A stretch of 64,000 bases of DNA from positions 83,665 through 147,664 of the forward strand of contig CAZULJ010000002.1 of assembly GCA_964621195.1 (NCBI GenBank). Direction: 5' to 3'. The notes below the pieces were generated by a model. It was not told the DNA's origin. It did no database searches and worked only from the letters and a program-made list of their open reading frames with translations. The position numbers were made by a program, and so were the translations under genes. Positions 39,614-50,100 of this stretch are shown here, one piece after another; position 1 is the stretch's first letter, and every line of letters begins with the position of its first letter. The stretch comes from an uncultured Candidatus Saccharibacteria bacterium. GTDB lineage: Bacteria; Patescibacteriota; Dojkabacteria; SC72.

Positions 39614-39686
39614 GGGTGTATAGCTCAATTGGTAGAGCAAACGGCTCTTAACCGTTAGGTTCAGGGTTCGAGCCCCTGTACACCCA
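39614..39686 (+). tRNA. tRNA-Lys (anticodon CUU), CCA not encoded
   Basis: Manual cloverleaf: acceptor GGGTGTA/TACACCC, D-arm GCTC-AATTGGTA-GAGC, anticodon stem AACGG/CCGTT with loop C-T-CTT-A-A (U33, A37), 5-nt variable loop, T-arm CAGGG-TTCGAGC-CCCTG, discriminator A. Confidence 0.9.
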
Positions 39687-39697
39687 TTTCCTCTTTT

Positions 39698-40177
39698 CTA
39701 GTGAACTATAAATGATTCTATGATAGGTTTAATATCTTCTGTATTATATTGAGGTTTAACTTTTACGACAAAAAGAGGTAGGCCAACATTTTTTAAAAGA
39801 ATATCAACAAAACTATCTCTTGTCTGTCTAGTAGGGTTTAAATGTGAAGATCCATTAAGTTCAATTACTGCTTTTATTTCAGAATTTTCATTATTTATTA
39901 GAACAAAATCAACGTGTTTAGCTATTACTCTGTTCTTATCACTTGTATAAGATTTTCCTTTCGATATTGGTTTTACAATATCAATTAGCCTAACTTTACA
40001 CATTATGGATATTGAAGAGGGAAGATTCTGAAAAAGAAATTTGTAAAAAGTTAGCTCTGAATGATTAAGTAGATATTGATTCTTTTGAAATTCAGGAACA
40101 GGTTCTTTTTTTAATAATTCGGCTATTATAAAAATGGCAATAAACAAAACAATTGGGATAATATAATATATTTCCAT
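39698..40177 (-). CDS. DUF2726-like PD-(D/E)xK nuclease-fold protein with N-terminal TM anchor
   Basis: 159 aa. N-terminal TM helix, then VDFVLINNENSEIKAVIELNGSSH, which matches the D...(I/V)ExxG..H core of DUF2726/PD-(D/E)xK proteins. Stop codon 11 bp from the tRNA 3' end. Confidence 0.5.
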   Translation of the reverse strand: MEIYYIIPIVLFIAIFIIAELLKKEPVPEFQKNQYLLNHSELTFYKFLFQNLPSSISIMCKVRLIDIVKPISKGKSYTSDKNRVIAKHVDFVLINNENSEIKAVIELNGSSHLNPTRQTRDSFVDILLKNVGLPLFVVKVKPQYNTEDIKPIIESFIVH

Positions 40178-40248
40178 GAGTCAAGTATACAAATACTAAA
40201 TATCGTGGTCAACGTTCATTAATCTTCTGATACTTTGCAGTATACTGT

Positions 40249-40282
40249 TTAGGTTCGACATCCATCCCTGGACCCCCATTTT
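40249..40282 (+). repeat. degenerate direct repeat of the tRNA-Lys 3' end (att-like remnant)
   Basis: TTAGGTTCgacatccaTCCCTGgACCCCCATTT vs tRNA 39655-39689 TTAGGTTCagggttcgagCCCCTGtACACCCATTT: identical first 8 nt and 14/17 matches over the last 17 nt. Confidence 0.35.
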
Positions 40283-40283
40283 G

Positions 40284-40736
40284 CTAGCTTATTGGTATAC
40301 TCTCTTTCTCTTGATAATCTTCTTGGAATATCAGTTCAGGGTTTTCCCTTAATTCATTGTATAGCTGTTCTCTCGTGTATTGCCTAATTTCTGTTGGTGT
40401 TTGCTCTTCTGTGCAGTACCACTCTCCTGACTCACGAATATATTCCCAATTACCTTCATCTTTAGAGAAGGTAAATATGTATACTGTCTCGTCCATCAAT
40501 TTCTGATCTGGACGGTCATAAAGCATAACCCTTAGTTTCTTGTTATCTTCTGAAGGGATCGTTCCGAAAGAACAGACTCCTCTTAGTGCTGCGAATATCT
40601 TGGCATTAATCTCAGAGTCAGACGCAAAAATTACTCCACTAGGAGTTGAGCTAGGAAATTTGTGAATGTCATCGGGGTGTACAGGTTGTGGTTGGAACGG
40701 ACTCATATGTAGTTTGCTTCCTTTGTAGAGATTCAT
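40284..40736 (-). CDS. hypothetical protein (orphan, elevated GC)
   Basis: 150-aa ORF. Codon composition noticeably GC-richer than the flanking genes. No recognizable motif. Confidence 0.4.
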   Translation of the reverse strand: MNLYKGSKLHMSPFQPQPVHPDDIHKFPSSTPSGVIFASDSEINAKIFAALRGVCSFGTIPSEDNKKLRVMLYDRPDQKLMDETVYIFTFSKDEGNWEYIRESGEWYCTEEQTPTEIRQYTREQLYNELRENPELIFQEDYQEKESIPIS

Positions 40737-40829
40737 TTATTCGAAATATTGCAAAATTAACTTTCTAAATTATACATAATTTGTTCTTCTATTCTTTACC
40801 AAGAACTTCCTTGTATGTAGAATATCATT

Positions 40830-41873
40830 ATGAATGGAGAAAAACCGTATGATCATAGTGATAACTATTTTAGGGAGGATGATAGCCCAAAACATTACGA
40901 TTCTCCCCTCTCAAGACGAACAATCAAAGAGGTTATTTCGCAAGAGAATAGCTTAAATTCCTCTGAGGATGACTTCCGTGCATCTGCGAATAAATCAAAA
41001 GAATTGTTACAACGTTACTATTCAGATCCTGCATACAGAGAATCATTAGAGGGTGCAAGGGCTTCTACGGATATCAGGGAGGGTGAAAAGTCTCCCCTCC
41101 TTATCTGTGAGGACGGTATCATTAGGAGTCGCGAGCATGCGAAGAATACTAATGGTGTCTATCTTCCTGGGGGATCCTCTCAAAGACTTGGGTATGGCCC
41201 TAAAGACATTCTTTCTGAGTCTACACCTTGGCTTCATATGTTTAGTGGTATTGAGTTTCGAAGCAACGCACAGGACCGATATTCAAAAGAACTTATAAGG
41301 TACTTAGGTGGAGTAATACCTATTGTTGTTCATGGGGAGGTAATTTCGGATAGAGTTTTAGAAAGGATTGAGATATCTGACAAATTGAGAGAAAGATTAC
41401 AAAGTACAGAAGCAGGACGCTTGATGCTTTCTTTATGTACCGTTTTACCAGCGGATATCATATCGTTGATTGAACTTGAAGATGATGTGCTATTAACCCC
41501 CAAGGAACCTACAAAAATGAAAGAAACCAAACCTAATAGAAATATATATTTCTTATCTATGAATAGCGGAGCCTTTGCTGTTAATCCCTCTGGCGTAGAA
41601 GAAACTAATTCTCTTACCCAACCATATTGTTTGAGGGATATTGTTAATCAGTATACTGAACAAATAGAAAAAGAGGGAGGTATTCCAGGAGATGGATGGG
41701 AACCTAGAAATACTGCATATGGAACAGTTGTCATGTTTGGAAATGCTGTCTTAGAGGAAGTCTTTGGGAATGGAAGATCTTTTGAAGACATCGAGGAAAA
41801 AGATCGTTTTCTTAATATCTTAATTGGAAAATATATTGCCCTAAAAGAAAGAAGCATGGTTGTTGAGTCTTAA
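40830..41873 (+). CDS. hypothetical protein (orphan, elevated GC)
   Basis: 347-aa ORF divergent from the preceding gene, GC around 42% by eye vs about 33% around. No recognizable catalytic motif. 3' end overlaps the elp3-like gene by 4 bp. Confidence 0.4.
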   Translation: MNGEKPYDHSDNYFREDDSPKHYDSPLSRRTIKEVISQENSLNSSEDDFRASANKSKELLQRYYSDPAYRESLEGARASTDIREGEKSPLLICEDGIIRSREHAKNTNGVYLPGGSSQRLGYGPKDILSESTPWLHMFSGIEFRSNAQDRYSKELIRYLGGVIPIVVHGEVISDRVLERIEISDKLRERLQSTEAGRLMLSLCTVLPADIISLIELEDDVLLTPKEPTKMKETKPNRNIYFLSMNSGAFAVNPSGVEETNSLTQPYCLRDIVNQYTEQIEKEGGIPGDGWEPRNTAYGTVVMFGNAVLEEVFGNGRSFEDIEEKDRFLNILIGKYIALKERSMVVES

Positions 41874-43465
41874 AGATCTTTCTTCATATAGAGTTTTTCA
41901 TCCTTAAACCCTCTCTTTCTATAGTACTCCCTTGTTCCTATTGCAGATATCACAGAAAGGCTAAGATAATTCTCTTTTTTTGCAATATCTTCTGCAATTT
42001 GAATCATCTTTTTACCAAGACCCAAATGTTGTGATTCACCAGAACTATTTTCACCAATATTAACTAAAGAACCGTATACATGTACCTCCCTTATCATTGC
42101 ACTACCTTTTATTTCATCTAGAAAAGAATCTTTTTTTGGTAGTGATAATCTTAGGAATGAGCATATCCTATCAGTAATTTTAGTTTTGTAAGATATGAAA
42201 TATTCTTTAGAAACGGTAGTCTCATACTCTATTACTTCTAAATCTAAATCTTCCCACCTAGCTACTTCATCCTTTATCTCTCTACTTCTAATATCCTCGA
42301 TATTCTTTCCCAAGCTTTCAATTTCTTTCTCTGCTATCTGTCTAAAGTTTGTACTTTTGTTTCCATCAATAATCTCATTAGAGGGAATATCTCTCACTAT
42401 TCTTGTTAATCTACAATACCTAGGAGTAGAGGGTAGAATATTTACAAACAATGTTAGTAATTCTTCTCTTGTGTACGGTTTGTATTTACCCTCTCTGTAA
42501 TATTTTTCTAGTATGGTATTTTCAATGATTGAAGTAGGGTAGATCTTAAGTTCATCGGGAATATATTCTTTGTTCCAGAGTTTTTTGTAATCTTGTATAT
42601 CTTTTTCTACAGAGGATCCATATAGATTTGGCATCCAATGTGCGTGTATTTTAAATCCTGCTAATCTAAGTAATTCAAATGCTTTTTTGGTTTCCTTTAT
42701 TGTATGTCCTCTCCTATTTAATTCTAGTATTTCGTTATCTAGACTCTGTATACCTATTTGTATTTTTGTTGCACCAAGTTTTCTTAATCTGATTATTTCC
42801 TCTTCTGTTATGTAATCAGGTCTAGTTTCAAGTACTAGACCAACATTTCTACATACGGTTGTTTCATTTATTCTTTGTGATTCAAAGAGATCTTCCCAAG
42901 ATATATTCTCTATACCCCTATCGTCTGAATAGTTGGTATTTCCGAAGCTATTCATTGCATCAAAACATCTTTTTACAAACCATATGATGTACTGTTCTGG
43001 ATAGAAGGAACATGTTCCTCCAAGTATTATTAACTCTATCTTGTCTGTATTATGTCCAATGTTTTGTAATGCCTTTATACGATTGTATGTTTGATTGAAG
43101 GGGTCAAATTCATTCTTTAAAGCTCTCTGTGCCCCTGGTTCACTAGAGATATATGATTTAGGCATATTCATATCATTTGGGCAGAATATACACTGTCCTG
43201 GGCATGCAAAGGGCTTCATGAGTACAGTGACAGTAGCTACCCCAGACTGAGTTCTAGTAGGTTTCATCCTAATTCTTTCCTCTATCTTTTTGTTAGGAAT
43301 GACATCTTTGTCACTTACCAATCTCTTGTACATTTCTACTAACTCATCGTGCCTATACAACCCCTTACCATCTTTGGGATATCTCTTAAGTATTGTTTGA
43401 AGGGAGTTCTCTCTCCATGTTTTTGTATTTTCTATTTGTTCAAAAATCTCTTTGAAATCTTGCAT
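41870..43465 (-). CDS. elp3: Elp3-like radical SAM + GNAT enzyme (tRNA wobble uridine carboxymethyl-modification family)
   Basis: 531 aa. KPTRTQSGVATVTVLMKPFACPGQCIFCPN (radical-SAM C-x3-C-x2-C in the Elp3 context), central TIM-barrel region, C-terminal GNAT with QHLGLGKKMIQIAEDIA acetyl-CoA binding motif. Confidence 0.8.
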   Translation of the reverse strand: MQDFKEIFEQIENTKTWRENSLQTILKRYPKDGKGLYRHDELVEMYKRLVSDKDVIPNKKIEERIRMKPTRTQSGVATVTVLMKPFACPGQCIFCPNDMNMPKSYISSEPGAQRALKNEFDPFNQTYNRIKALQNIGHNTDKIELIILGGTCSFYPEQYIIWFVKRCFDAMNSFGNTNYSDDRGIENISWEDLFESQRINETTVCRNVGLVLETRPDYITEEEIIRLRKLGATKIQIGIQSLDNEILELNRRGHTIKETKKAFELLRLAGFKIHAHWMPNLYGSSVEKDIQDYKKLWNKEYIPDELKIYPTSIIENTILEKYYREGKYKPYTREELLTLFVNILPSTPRYCRLTRIVRDIPSNEIIDGNKSTNFRQIAEKEIESLGKNIEDIRSREIKDEVARWEDLDLEVIEYETTVSKEYFISYKTKITDRICSFLRLSLPKKDSFLDEIKGSAMIREVHVYGSLVNIGENSSGESQHLGLGKKMIQIAEDIAKKENYLSLSVISAIGTREYYRKRGFKDEKLYMKKDL

Positions 43466-43476
43466 CCTGTATTATA

Positions 43477-44697
43477 CTACGACCTTGCAGCTAAAATCCC
43501 TGTACTCCAACATATTTGTAAATTGTATCCACCAGTTGGACCATATACATCAATTATCTCTCCTGCGAAGTAAAGATTTTTAACAATCTTAGATTGCATA
43601 GTTTTAGGATCAATTTCTTTAATATTTACTCCCCCTGCTGTAACTATCGCTTTATCCCAAGAGCCTATCTCTTGAACGGTTAACCTAAAATCTTTCAAAA
43701 GTGTAAGTATCTTTAGACGATCATCTCTAGTTATCTCAAATCCCTGTTTTGAGGAAGGGATTTCGCTTCTTTCAATCACAATGGGTATTAAGGATGAAGG
43801 TAAGAGTTCTTTCAGTATTGTTCTTAAATTTTTCTTACTATTTATCCTTAACTCCTCCTGTAATCTGGTATCTAGCTCTTGTGTAGGTATAGCGGGTTTA
43901 AAGTCTATGCTTAACTCTACTTCGCCTTGTTCTAGTGCATCCCCAACAATTCTAGACATATCTATTACAATTGGTCCACTCAAACCTTCGTGAGTAAAGA
44001 GTGCTTCTCCAAATTTACTAATGATTCTTTTCTCTGCTTGGTATGCTGATATTGTCACATATTTTAATGAGAGGCCAGCAAGGTCTTTAACCCAATTTTC
44101 TTTACAAAGAATGGGTACAAGAGCTGGCTTTGGTTGTACAATTGTATGCCCGACACTTTGTGCAAGTGTATATCCATCACCATTTGATCCTGTTACTGGG
44201 TATGATTTCCCTCCTGTAGCTAATATATATTTCTTTGCTTTAAATTCTCCTTTGTATGTATTTACAGAGGTTATTGCTTCTCCCTCCATATTGAAATTGA
44301 GTACTGAGGTATTAGGTAGGATATTCTCTCCTACAAGATGCTGAAATGCATATACAATATCTACGGCTTTGTCACTTTCGGGAAATACCCTTTTTCCTCT
44401 TTCTACCTTTAGTGGTACTTTAAGTACTTCTTCAAAGTATTGGAGAGTATCTTTTACAGTAAATCTTGAGAAAGCTCCGTAGAGGAATTTCCCATTTCTT
44501 TGATATTTGGATATTAGATCATCTAAATCAAGATTGTAGTTTGTTACGTTACATCTACCTTTGCCTGTTAGTACTATCTTTTTACCAGGCCTAGGATTTC
44601 TCTCGATTATTAGAAAGTTCTCGCCTCTCCTTTTACATTCAACACCAGCCATTAAGCCTGCAGCTCCTCCCCCAATTATTATTGTGTCGTATATCAT
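43477..44697 (-). CDS. HI0933/YhiN-family FAD-dependent oxidoreductase (aminoacetone oxidase family)
   Basis: 406 aa. MIYDTIIIGGGAAGLMAG dinucleotide-binding motif, ...GKGRCNVTN typical of the HI0933-like family. Confidence 0.8.
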   Translation of the reverse strand: MIYDTIIIGGGAAGLMAGVECKRRGENFLIIERNPRPGKKIVLTGKGRCNVTNYNLDLDDLISKYQRNGKFLYGAFSRFTVKDTLQYFEEVLKVPLKVERGKRVFPESDKAVDIVYAFQHLVGENILPNTSVLNFNMEGEAITSVNTYKGEFKAKKYILATGGKSYPVTGSNGDGYTLAQSVGHTIVQPKPALVPILCKENWVKDLAGLSLKYVTISAYQAEKRIISKFGEALFTHEGLSGPIVIDMSRIVGDALEQGEVELSIDFKPAIPTQELDTRLQEELRINSKKNLRTILKELLPSSLIPIVIERSEIPSSKQGFEITRDDRLKILTLLKDFRLTVQEIGSWDKAIVTAGGVNIKEIDPKTMQSKIVKNLYFAGEIIDVYGPTGGYNLQICWSTGILAARS

Positions 44698-44780
44698 CTT
44701 GCAATTATACTATTTATTTCTGTTGATGGTGGTAAACATATGTATTAGAATTAGTGAATAACTTGAGAGAAGAAAGATTC

Positions 44781-45380
44781 ATGATCGAGAAGAACAAGGA
44801 AAAAACTCTAGTAGTATTTAAACCAGATATTTTACAAAGACAGATAGTGGGGGATATTATCTCCAGATTTGAAAGAAAAGGGTTTAAGATTGTAGGAATG
44901 AAGATGTTAACACCAAGTAGAGAGTTAGTAGGTAAGCATTATGAAGACAAGAAAGAGTATTTAATGGAAACTGGTGAGAAGGCAAAGAAAGGCGCTATTG
45001 CAAGGGGGGAAGATGTAAGTAATTGGGATTCTCTTGCTCACGGTAAATGGATTAGGGAATCTAATATCAACTATCTAACATGTGGTCCCGTTTTAGCTAT
45101 CGTACTGCAAGGTTTTGGGGTAATTACAGGTGTAAGAAAGATGTTGGGTAGTACTAGTCCTGCAGATGGTGATGTTGGAACAATTCGTGCAGATTTTTCT
45201 CTTGATTGTTTTGCATTAGCAAATGAACAGGGTAGGGTTACAAGGAGTATGGTACATGCTTCTGATAGTGTTGAGAGCGCAGAAAGGGAGATTGGTTTGT
45301 GGTTTAATCCAACAGAAATTTCTGAATATGAGACTGCTGCTGAAAAAATATTCTATGATGTTGGTTGGAGTAATAGCTAG
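44781..45380 (+). CDS. ndk: nucleoside diphosphate kinase with about 50-aa insertion
   Basis: Start at internal ATG 44781 (MIEKNKEKTLVVFKPD...). ERTLVVFKPD-like N-terminus, GFKIVGMKM, catalytic-His region MVHASDSVESAEREIGLWF. The 199-aa length exceeds the usual 140-150 because of an insert between the head and Kpn-loop regions. Confidence 0.8.
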   Translation: MIEKNKEKTLVVFKPDILQRQIVGDIISRFERKGFKIVGMKMLTPSRELVGKHYEDKKEYLMETGEKAKKGAIARGEDVSNWDSLAHGKWIRESNINYLTCGPVLAIVLQGFGVITGVRKMLGSTSPADGDVGTIRADFSLDCFALANEQGRVTRSMVHASDSVESAEREIGLWFNPTEISEYETAAEKIFYDVGWSNS

Positions 45381-46030
45381 AGTTTTAAGATGTCTTCTAC
45401 AAGAGACTTTTTTTCTTTGTTAAGGGTTGAGTTGCTAATCTTAACCTCTATTTCTTGTATAGATATTTTTCCTTCAAAGAACATTTTTAATCTCTCAAAA
45501 TCCTTTTCTAAGGTTGATTTCAAGGTAGGGTTATACAATGCTACCGCAGGATGATACATTGGAAAGATAGGGATGCCGGTACTGTGTTTGTATGCTTGTC
45601 CATGAGCTACGGAGATCTTTAAATCAGGTATGAATCTTTCTAGGGCATGTTTTCCAAGTGGGATTATGATCCTTGGTTGTATATACAAAAGTTCTGCATT
45701 AACCCATGTTCTGCATGCCTCCTTTTCTTCTGGAAGAGGATCTCTGTTTGCAGGAGGTCTGTACTTTACAACATTTGTTACATATACATCTTCTCTTTTG
45801 TATCCTACTATTCCAAGTAGTTCATCCAGTAAATGACCTGCTGCTCCTACAAATGGTCTTCCCTGTTTGTCTTCATTCATACCTGGTGCTTCACCTACAA
45901 AAACTATTCCTGAAGTAGGTTTTTTAAGTTCATATACCGGTTGTGTAGCACTTCTTTTAAGTGCACATCTGTTATGTACTGAGAAATATTCGTGTATTTC
46001 TTTTAGACTTTTAAAATCTTCTATTTTCAT
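45377..46030 (-). CDS. family 4 uracil-DNA glycosylase
   Basis: 217 aa. GIVFVGEAPGMNEDKQGRPFVGAAGHLLDELL (GEAPG motif A), C-terminal MYHPAVALYNP (motif B). Confidence 0.8.
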   Translation of the reverse strand: MKIEDFKSLKEIHEYFSVHNRCALKRSATQPVYELKKPTSGIVFVGEAPGMNEDKQGRPFVGAAGHLLDELLGIVGYKREDVYVTNVVKYRPPANRDPLPEEKEACRTWVNAELLYIQPRIIIPLGKHALERFIPDLKISVAHGQAYKHSTGIPIFPMYHPAVALYNPTLKSTLEKDFERLKMFFEGKISIQEIEVKISNSTLNKEKKSLVEDILKL

Positions 46031-46106
46031 CTCTTCTTGATTATATCAATTAATGTAGGGATATTTTTGTAGTATAATCGGGGGAAGTTATTTTTTTAAG
46101 GATAAT

Positions 46107-47114
46107 ATGAAAAAAGTTGAATACAAAGTAGAGGTTTTTACAGGTATTAGACCATCTGGTGGTCTTACTATTGCTAATGCTATTGGTGCTGTAAACCCTA
46201 TTGTAAAACTACAAAATGAAGAAGAGATAGGTAATACGATGGTATTTGTAGCAGACTTACATGCTTTAACTGATGGTGAACCAAATGAGACACAGGGTCA
46301 TGTATTGGATGTTGTTAAGGACTATATCGCACTGGGTTTGGATCCTAAAAGAAACAGTATATTTGTACAATCCTCTTTAATTCAGGAGATCGGTGAATTA
46401 AATTTATATCTTTCAAGACTAGTAACTATTGCCGAGTTAATGAGAGTACCAACATTAAAGGAGAAGATAAAGAAGGGGCAGAATGAGAGTAATGCCAATT
46501 CTCTTTTAGCTATGTACCCTATTATGATGGCATCTGATATTCTTTTGCAAAGATCTGAGTATGTACCTGTTGGTGAGGATCAGGTTGCTCATATTGAGAT
46601 TACTAGAGTATTAGCACAAAAATTTAACAAGAAGTATGGTGAGACATTACCATTGCCAAAGGTTTTATCCTTAGGTGCACCAGTGAGAGTAAAGTCTTTA
46701 AATGGTAACGGTAAGATGAGTAAGAGTGATCCTAGTGGAGCAATACTGCTTGATGATCCAATAGAAGTATCCCTTAACAAGATTAAGAGAGCTCAGACAG
46801 CATTCGCGAAGGAGAGCTCAGATTCTCTAGATGCTTTAATTATGATTGGTGAGTATGTTTCAAATGAGGAGGAGAAAGAGCAGTTGAAGGGAATAATTAA
46901 GAGGCATTATGAAGGTGAGAATGTTATGGGTGAATTTAAATCTGCTTTGAGTATTCCATTAGAGAGATTCTTAACAGAGTTCCAATCTAAAAAGAATGAG
47001 ATTAGTAACCAGGATATTGAAAAGAAAATTATAGAGGATTGTGCAATAGCGAAAAAGAATGCTCAAGAAACTATCTCTATGGTTCGCAAGGCAATGGGTT
47101 TAAGATATATCTAA
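46107..47114 (+). CDS. trpS: tryptophan--tRNA ligase
   Basis: 335 aa. FTGIRPSGGLTIANAIGAV (TrpRS-type HIGH region), GKMSKSDPSG (KMSKS), typical TrpRS length. Confidence 0.85.
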   Translation: MKKVEYKVEVFTGIRPSGGLTIANAIGAVNPIVKLQNEEEIGNTMVFVADLHALTDGEPNETQGHVLDVVKDYIALGLDPKRNSIFVQSSLIQEIGELNLYLSRLVTIAELMRVPTLKEKIKKGQNESNANSLLAMYPIMMASDILLQRSEYVPVGEDQVAHIEITRVLAQKFNKKYGETLPLPKVLSLGAPVRVKSLNGNGKMSKSDPSGAILLDDPIEVSLNKIKRAQTAFAKESSDSLDALIMIGEYVSNEEEKEQLKGIIKRHYEGENVMGEFKSALSIPLERFLTEFQSKKNEISNQDIEKKIIEDCAIAKKNAQETISMVRKAMGLRYI

Positions 47115-50100
47115 ATCTTTTGAATCTTTAATTTCCTGCTTACAAGCATCTTTCCTTTGGACTCTATTTCTGTATTACCTTCAACAATTTTTACACTGTT
47201 GTCTGTTGTTTCTATTACAAATTCCCCTTTCTCAGAGATATCAAATGAGTACTTTCCATTTTCATCTGTAACTCTCTTTGCAACAATTTTGTCAAAATCT
47301 TTGTCTTTAAGTACCAAGGTAATATTTGAAGCTGGTGTTCCATCGGTATATGTTACCTTTCCGGATTTCTTACCCAAAGAGGTGAAGCTTTTAATCAAGA
47401 CATAGGTTGTTGGTATGTACAGGAGTAGGAGTGCAAGATTTGCTAGGCTTGATTCTTTGTTGTATACGTAGAGTGCTGTAGTTACTCCTGCCAAGAAGAG
47501 TATGCTGTTTAGGAATGGTAGTATCAAAGAGATTCCACTTCTAATTACTGTCAATGTTTTTTGGTTGGAGAGATCCTTTTTGGGATCCATGGGTATTACT
47601 ACATTGATCTCATTTTCTAACAATCTAATCTTTTCTCCGTGGTATACATTTGAAAGTGGGTAGTCTTCTCTTCCAATTATTAATCTTGATGGGAATGAGA
47701 AGTTTCTTTTCTTAACTTCGAGTATGTAATCTCCTGCTTCTAAACCAACTCTAAAGAGACCTTGCCCATCTGTCACACTGGTTTCTACAAGTTTCTCGGA
47801 TAGATCATATATTCTAACTATAGCTTGTTGAAGTGGGGCTCTTGTGACTGAATCATATACATATCCTGATGGGAATCTTTTTCTCCTAAACCCTAATGTA
47901 CTCAGTATATTTATTACAACTTGTGAAATTGAGTATCCAAGCTGTCCAATATTTCCTAGTACAGAGGCTAAACTTACAGATACTGTTACTGCAGTTGTTG
48001 TTGCTGCAACTGTTGTAAGTTGTTCCTGTTCAATATTCCCCAGTGGTGTTTGATCCAAACTCTCAATTGTTTTTGTAATTGCTCCTTCTACTGCTTGGGT
48101 TATTACTTTTGTTACACTACTTTGTGGTGTACTTGTGGGAGTTTCTTTTTCCTGGGTAATAATTACTTCTCCTTGTCCACCAGTTCCTACTAAACCATCT
48201 GCAATCCAATACATTACTCCTGATACGCTTGCTTGGGAGACTGTTACATCAGATCCTTCGACTTTTTGTTTTTGTGGGAATGTCCCAGTATAGAGGACTC
48301 CATTTGGACAATCTTGTGATACTTCTTCTAATGTAGTGGCTTCTGGACATATTCTAAAACCGTTATCACTGTCTTTCTTTACAACATACATTGTAAATTT
48401 GTCTGTTAAACCGTGTGTTTGATTAATTTTAACAACACTCTTTCCCTCGGATGGGGATGATTTGATTATTGCATTACTCCAATCTCTGTTGTCTGTAAAT
48501 GAAATAGGGAGATCGGCGACTATATACTCATCTGTAAGTACCCTTACTTTTTGTGTTCCTGTTTGTGCTCCATCTATAGTACTAACATCTATTTGTGTAT
48601 TATCTACAAGTGCTGTTGTTATTTCTTCTGGCTTGTTTACAATTATGGAGTATGTTTTACCAGTGTTACTCTCTACATAGTTTGTTTCTACATTAGAACT
48701 GTTTATAGCCTTTGCTCTGAAGGAGTACTGAACCCCTGGTTCTAGATTCCTAAATATTATCCCACTAGTACCACCCCAAGAGGTATAGCTTCCCCAGACT
48801 GGACTATCGACTAATGTTTGGGTTGAGTAATCAAGATATTTCCCGCTGTTCTTTTCCTGTATTGCGAATCTAGTCGAGGAGGGATTTGTATTTCTATCAA
48901 ATTTGATCCTACCAGTACTTCCTCCAATTGTCTCAAATGTAAGATCTTTTGGTGTATTTGCCCATGTTGTAACTGTTACATTTTCAGACCATTGAGAGTA
49001 TACATTATCTGAATTTACTGTTCTGACTTTGAATGTATATGTTGTATTGGGTGGTAGATTAGAGAGTGTGAAATTACTTGTTACCCTTGTATCTGTGTGC
49101 AATACAGTACTGTTTGTAAACCTGTTCTCATTATCTATATTACCATTTGTAGTGACTTCCAGTAGTTGGTAGGTAGTATTTGTTGGGTTACCATTCTTGT
49201 TCACAGTGATCTCAATTGATGATGAGCCTGTTACCCTTGTTGTTAATGTAGATGTCTTTGAGAGTGTATATGCACTTAAGCTTTGTGAGCATGGTGTTTG
49301 TATATTTTCAATATTCTTTGCTTTTACACAGAATGTATACAAGGTATTGGGAGATAGGTTTTGAATATTTAACCCAGTAAATCCTCCAATTTCTTCATAT
49401 GTTTTCCAAAGAGTTTGCGATGTCAAAGATGCACTATCTACACTCTTGTTGCTGATTGTTTCTAGAAGATTGTAAAGTGTTGTATCGTTGTTTCCTCCGT
49501 TGTTTACTACTACCTTTACTGTTGTTGTATCAATTGCCTCTACAGATACTATGCTTGGTGAGTTTGAGAGTGTAGTAACAGTTTGTTCTCCGCTAAATGC
49601 AGTATCAACAAGATCGATGTTTTGAGCTTTTGCTCTGAAGGTGTATGTAATATTAGGATTAAGACCATATATTGTAATTCCATCTGTAAGTCCTAGCTGT
49701 GTGTATGTTGAGTAGTAGGGGGACTCTTGTAGTAATTGTGTTTCAGAGTTAAGGTAGAGGCCGGAAGTTTTCTCTTCTATGAGATATTTTGTAACTTCTG
49801 GATTTTCTTTGATATCTATCTTTACTGTTATACTCTCTGCGTCATAGTTTCCTTGTTGTATATCAAATATTGCAGGTGTTTGAGCGAATGTGCTGCCCTG
49901 TACTGTGTTTGAGAAATCACTCTCTGCAATATTGTTGTAGATCTTAAATTTGCGAGTATATGTTGTATTTGTTTGTAAAGAATCCTCTGTACATGAGGTT
50001 ATACCATCACCTAAACATGTTTTAAGTAAATCTCCGCTTTCATTGTAGACTTTTATACCTAATACTGTGTCTGAGTAAGCAGAAATTCTCCATGTTATCT

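Noticed and set aside
39614-39686. Possibility that the tRNA is an ochre/amber suppressor explaining the in-frame TAA/TAG in ddl and alr
   Set aside because: Manual cloverleaf places the anticodon at CTT (Lys) with canonical U33/A37. It is not a stop-decoding anticodon.
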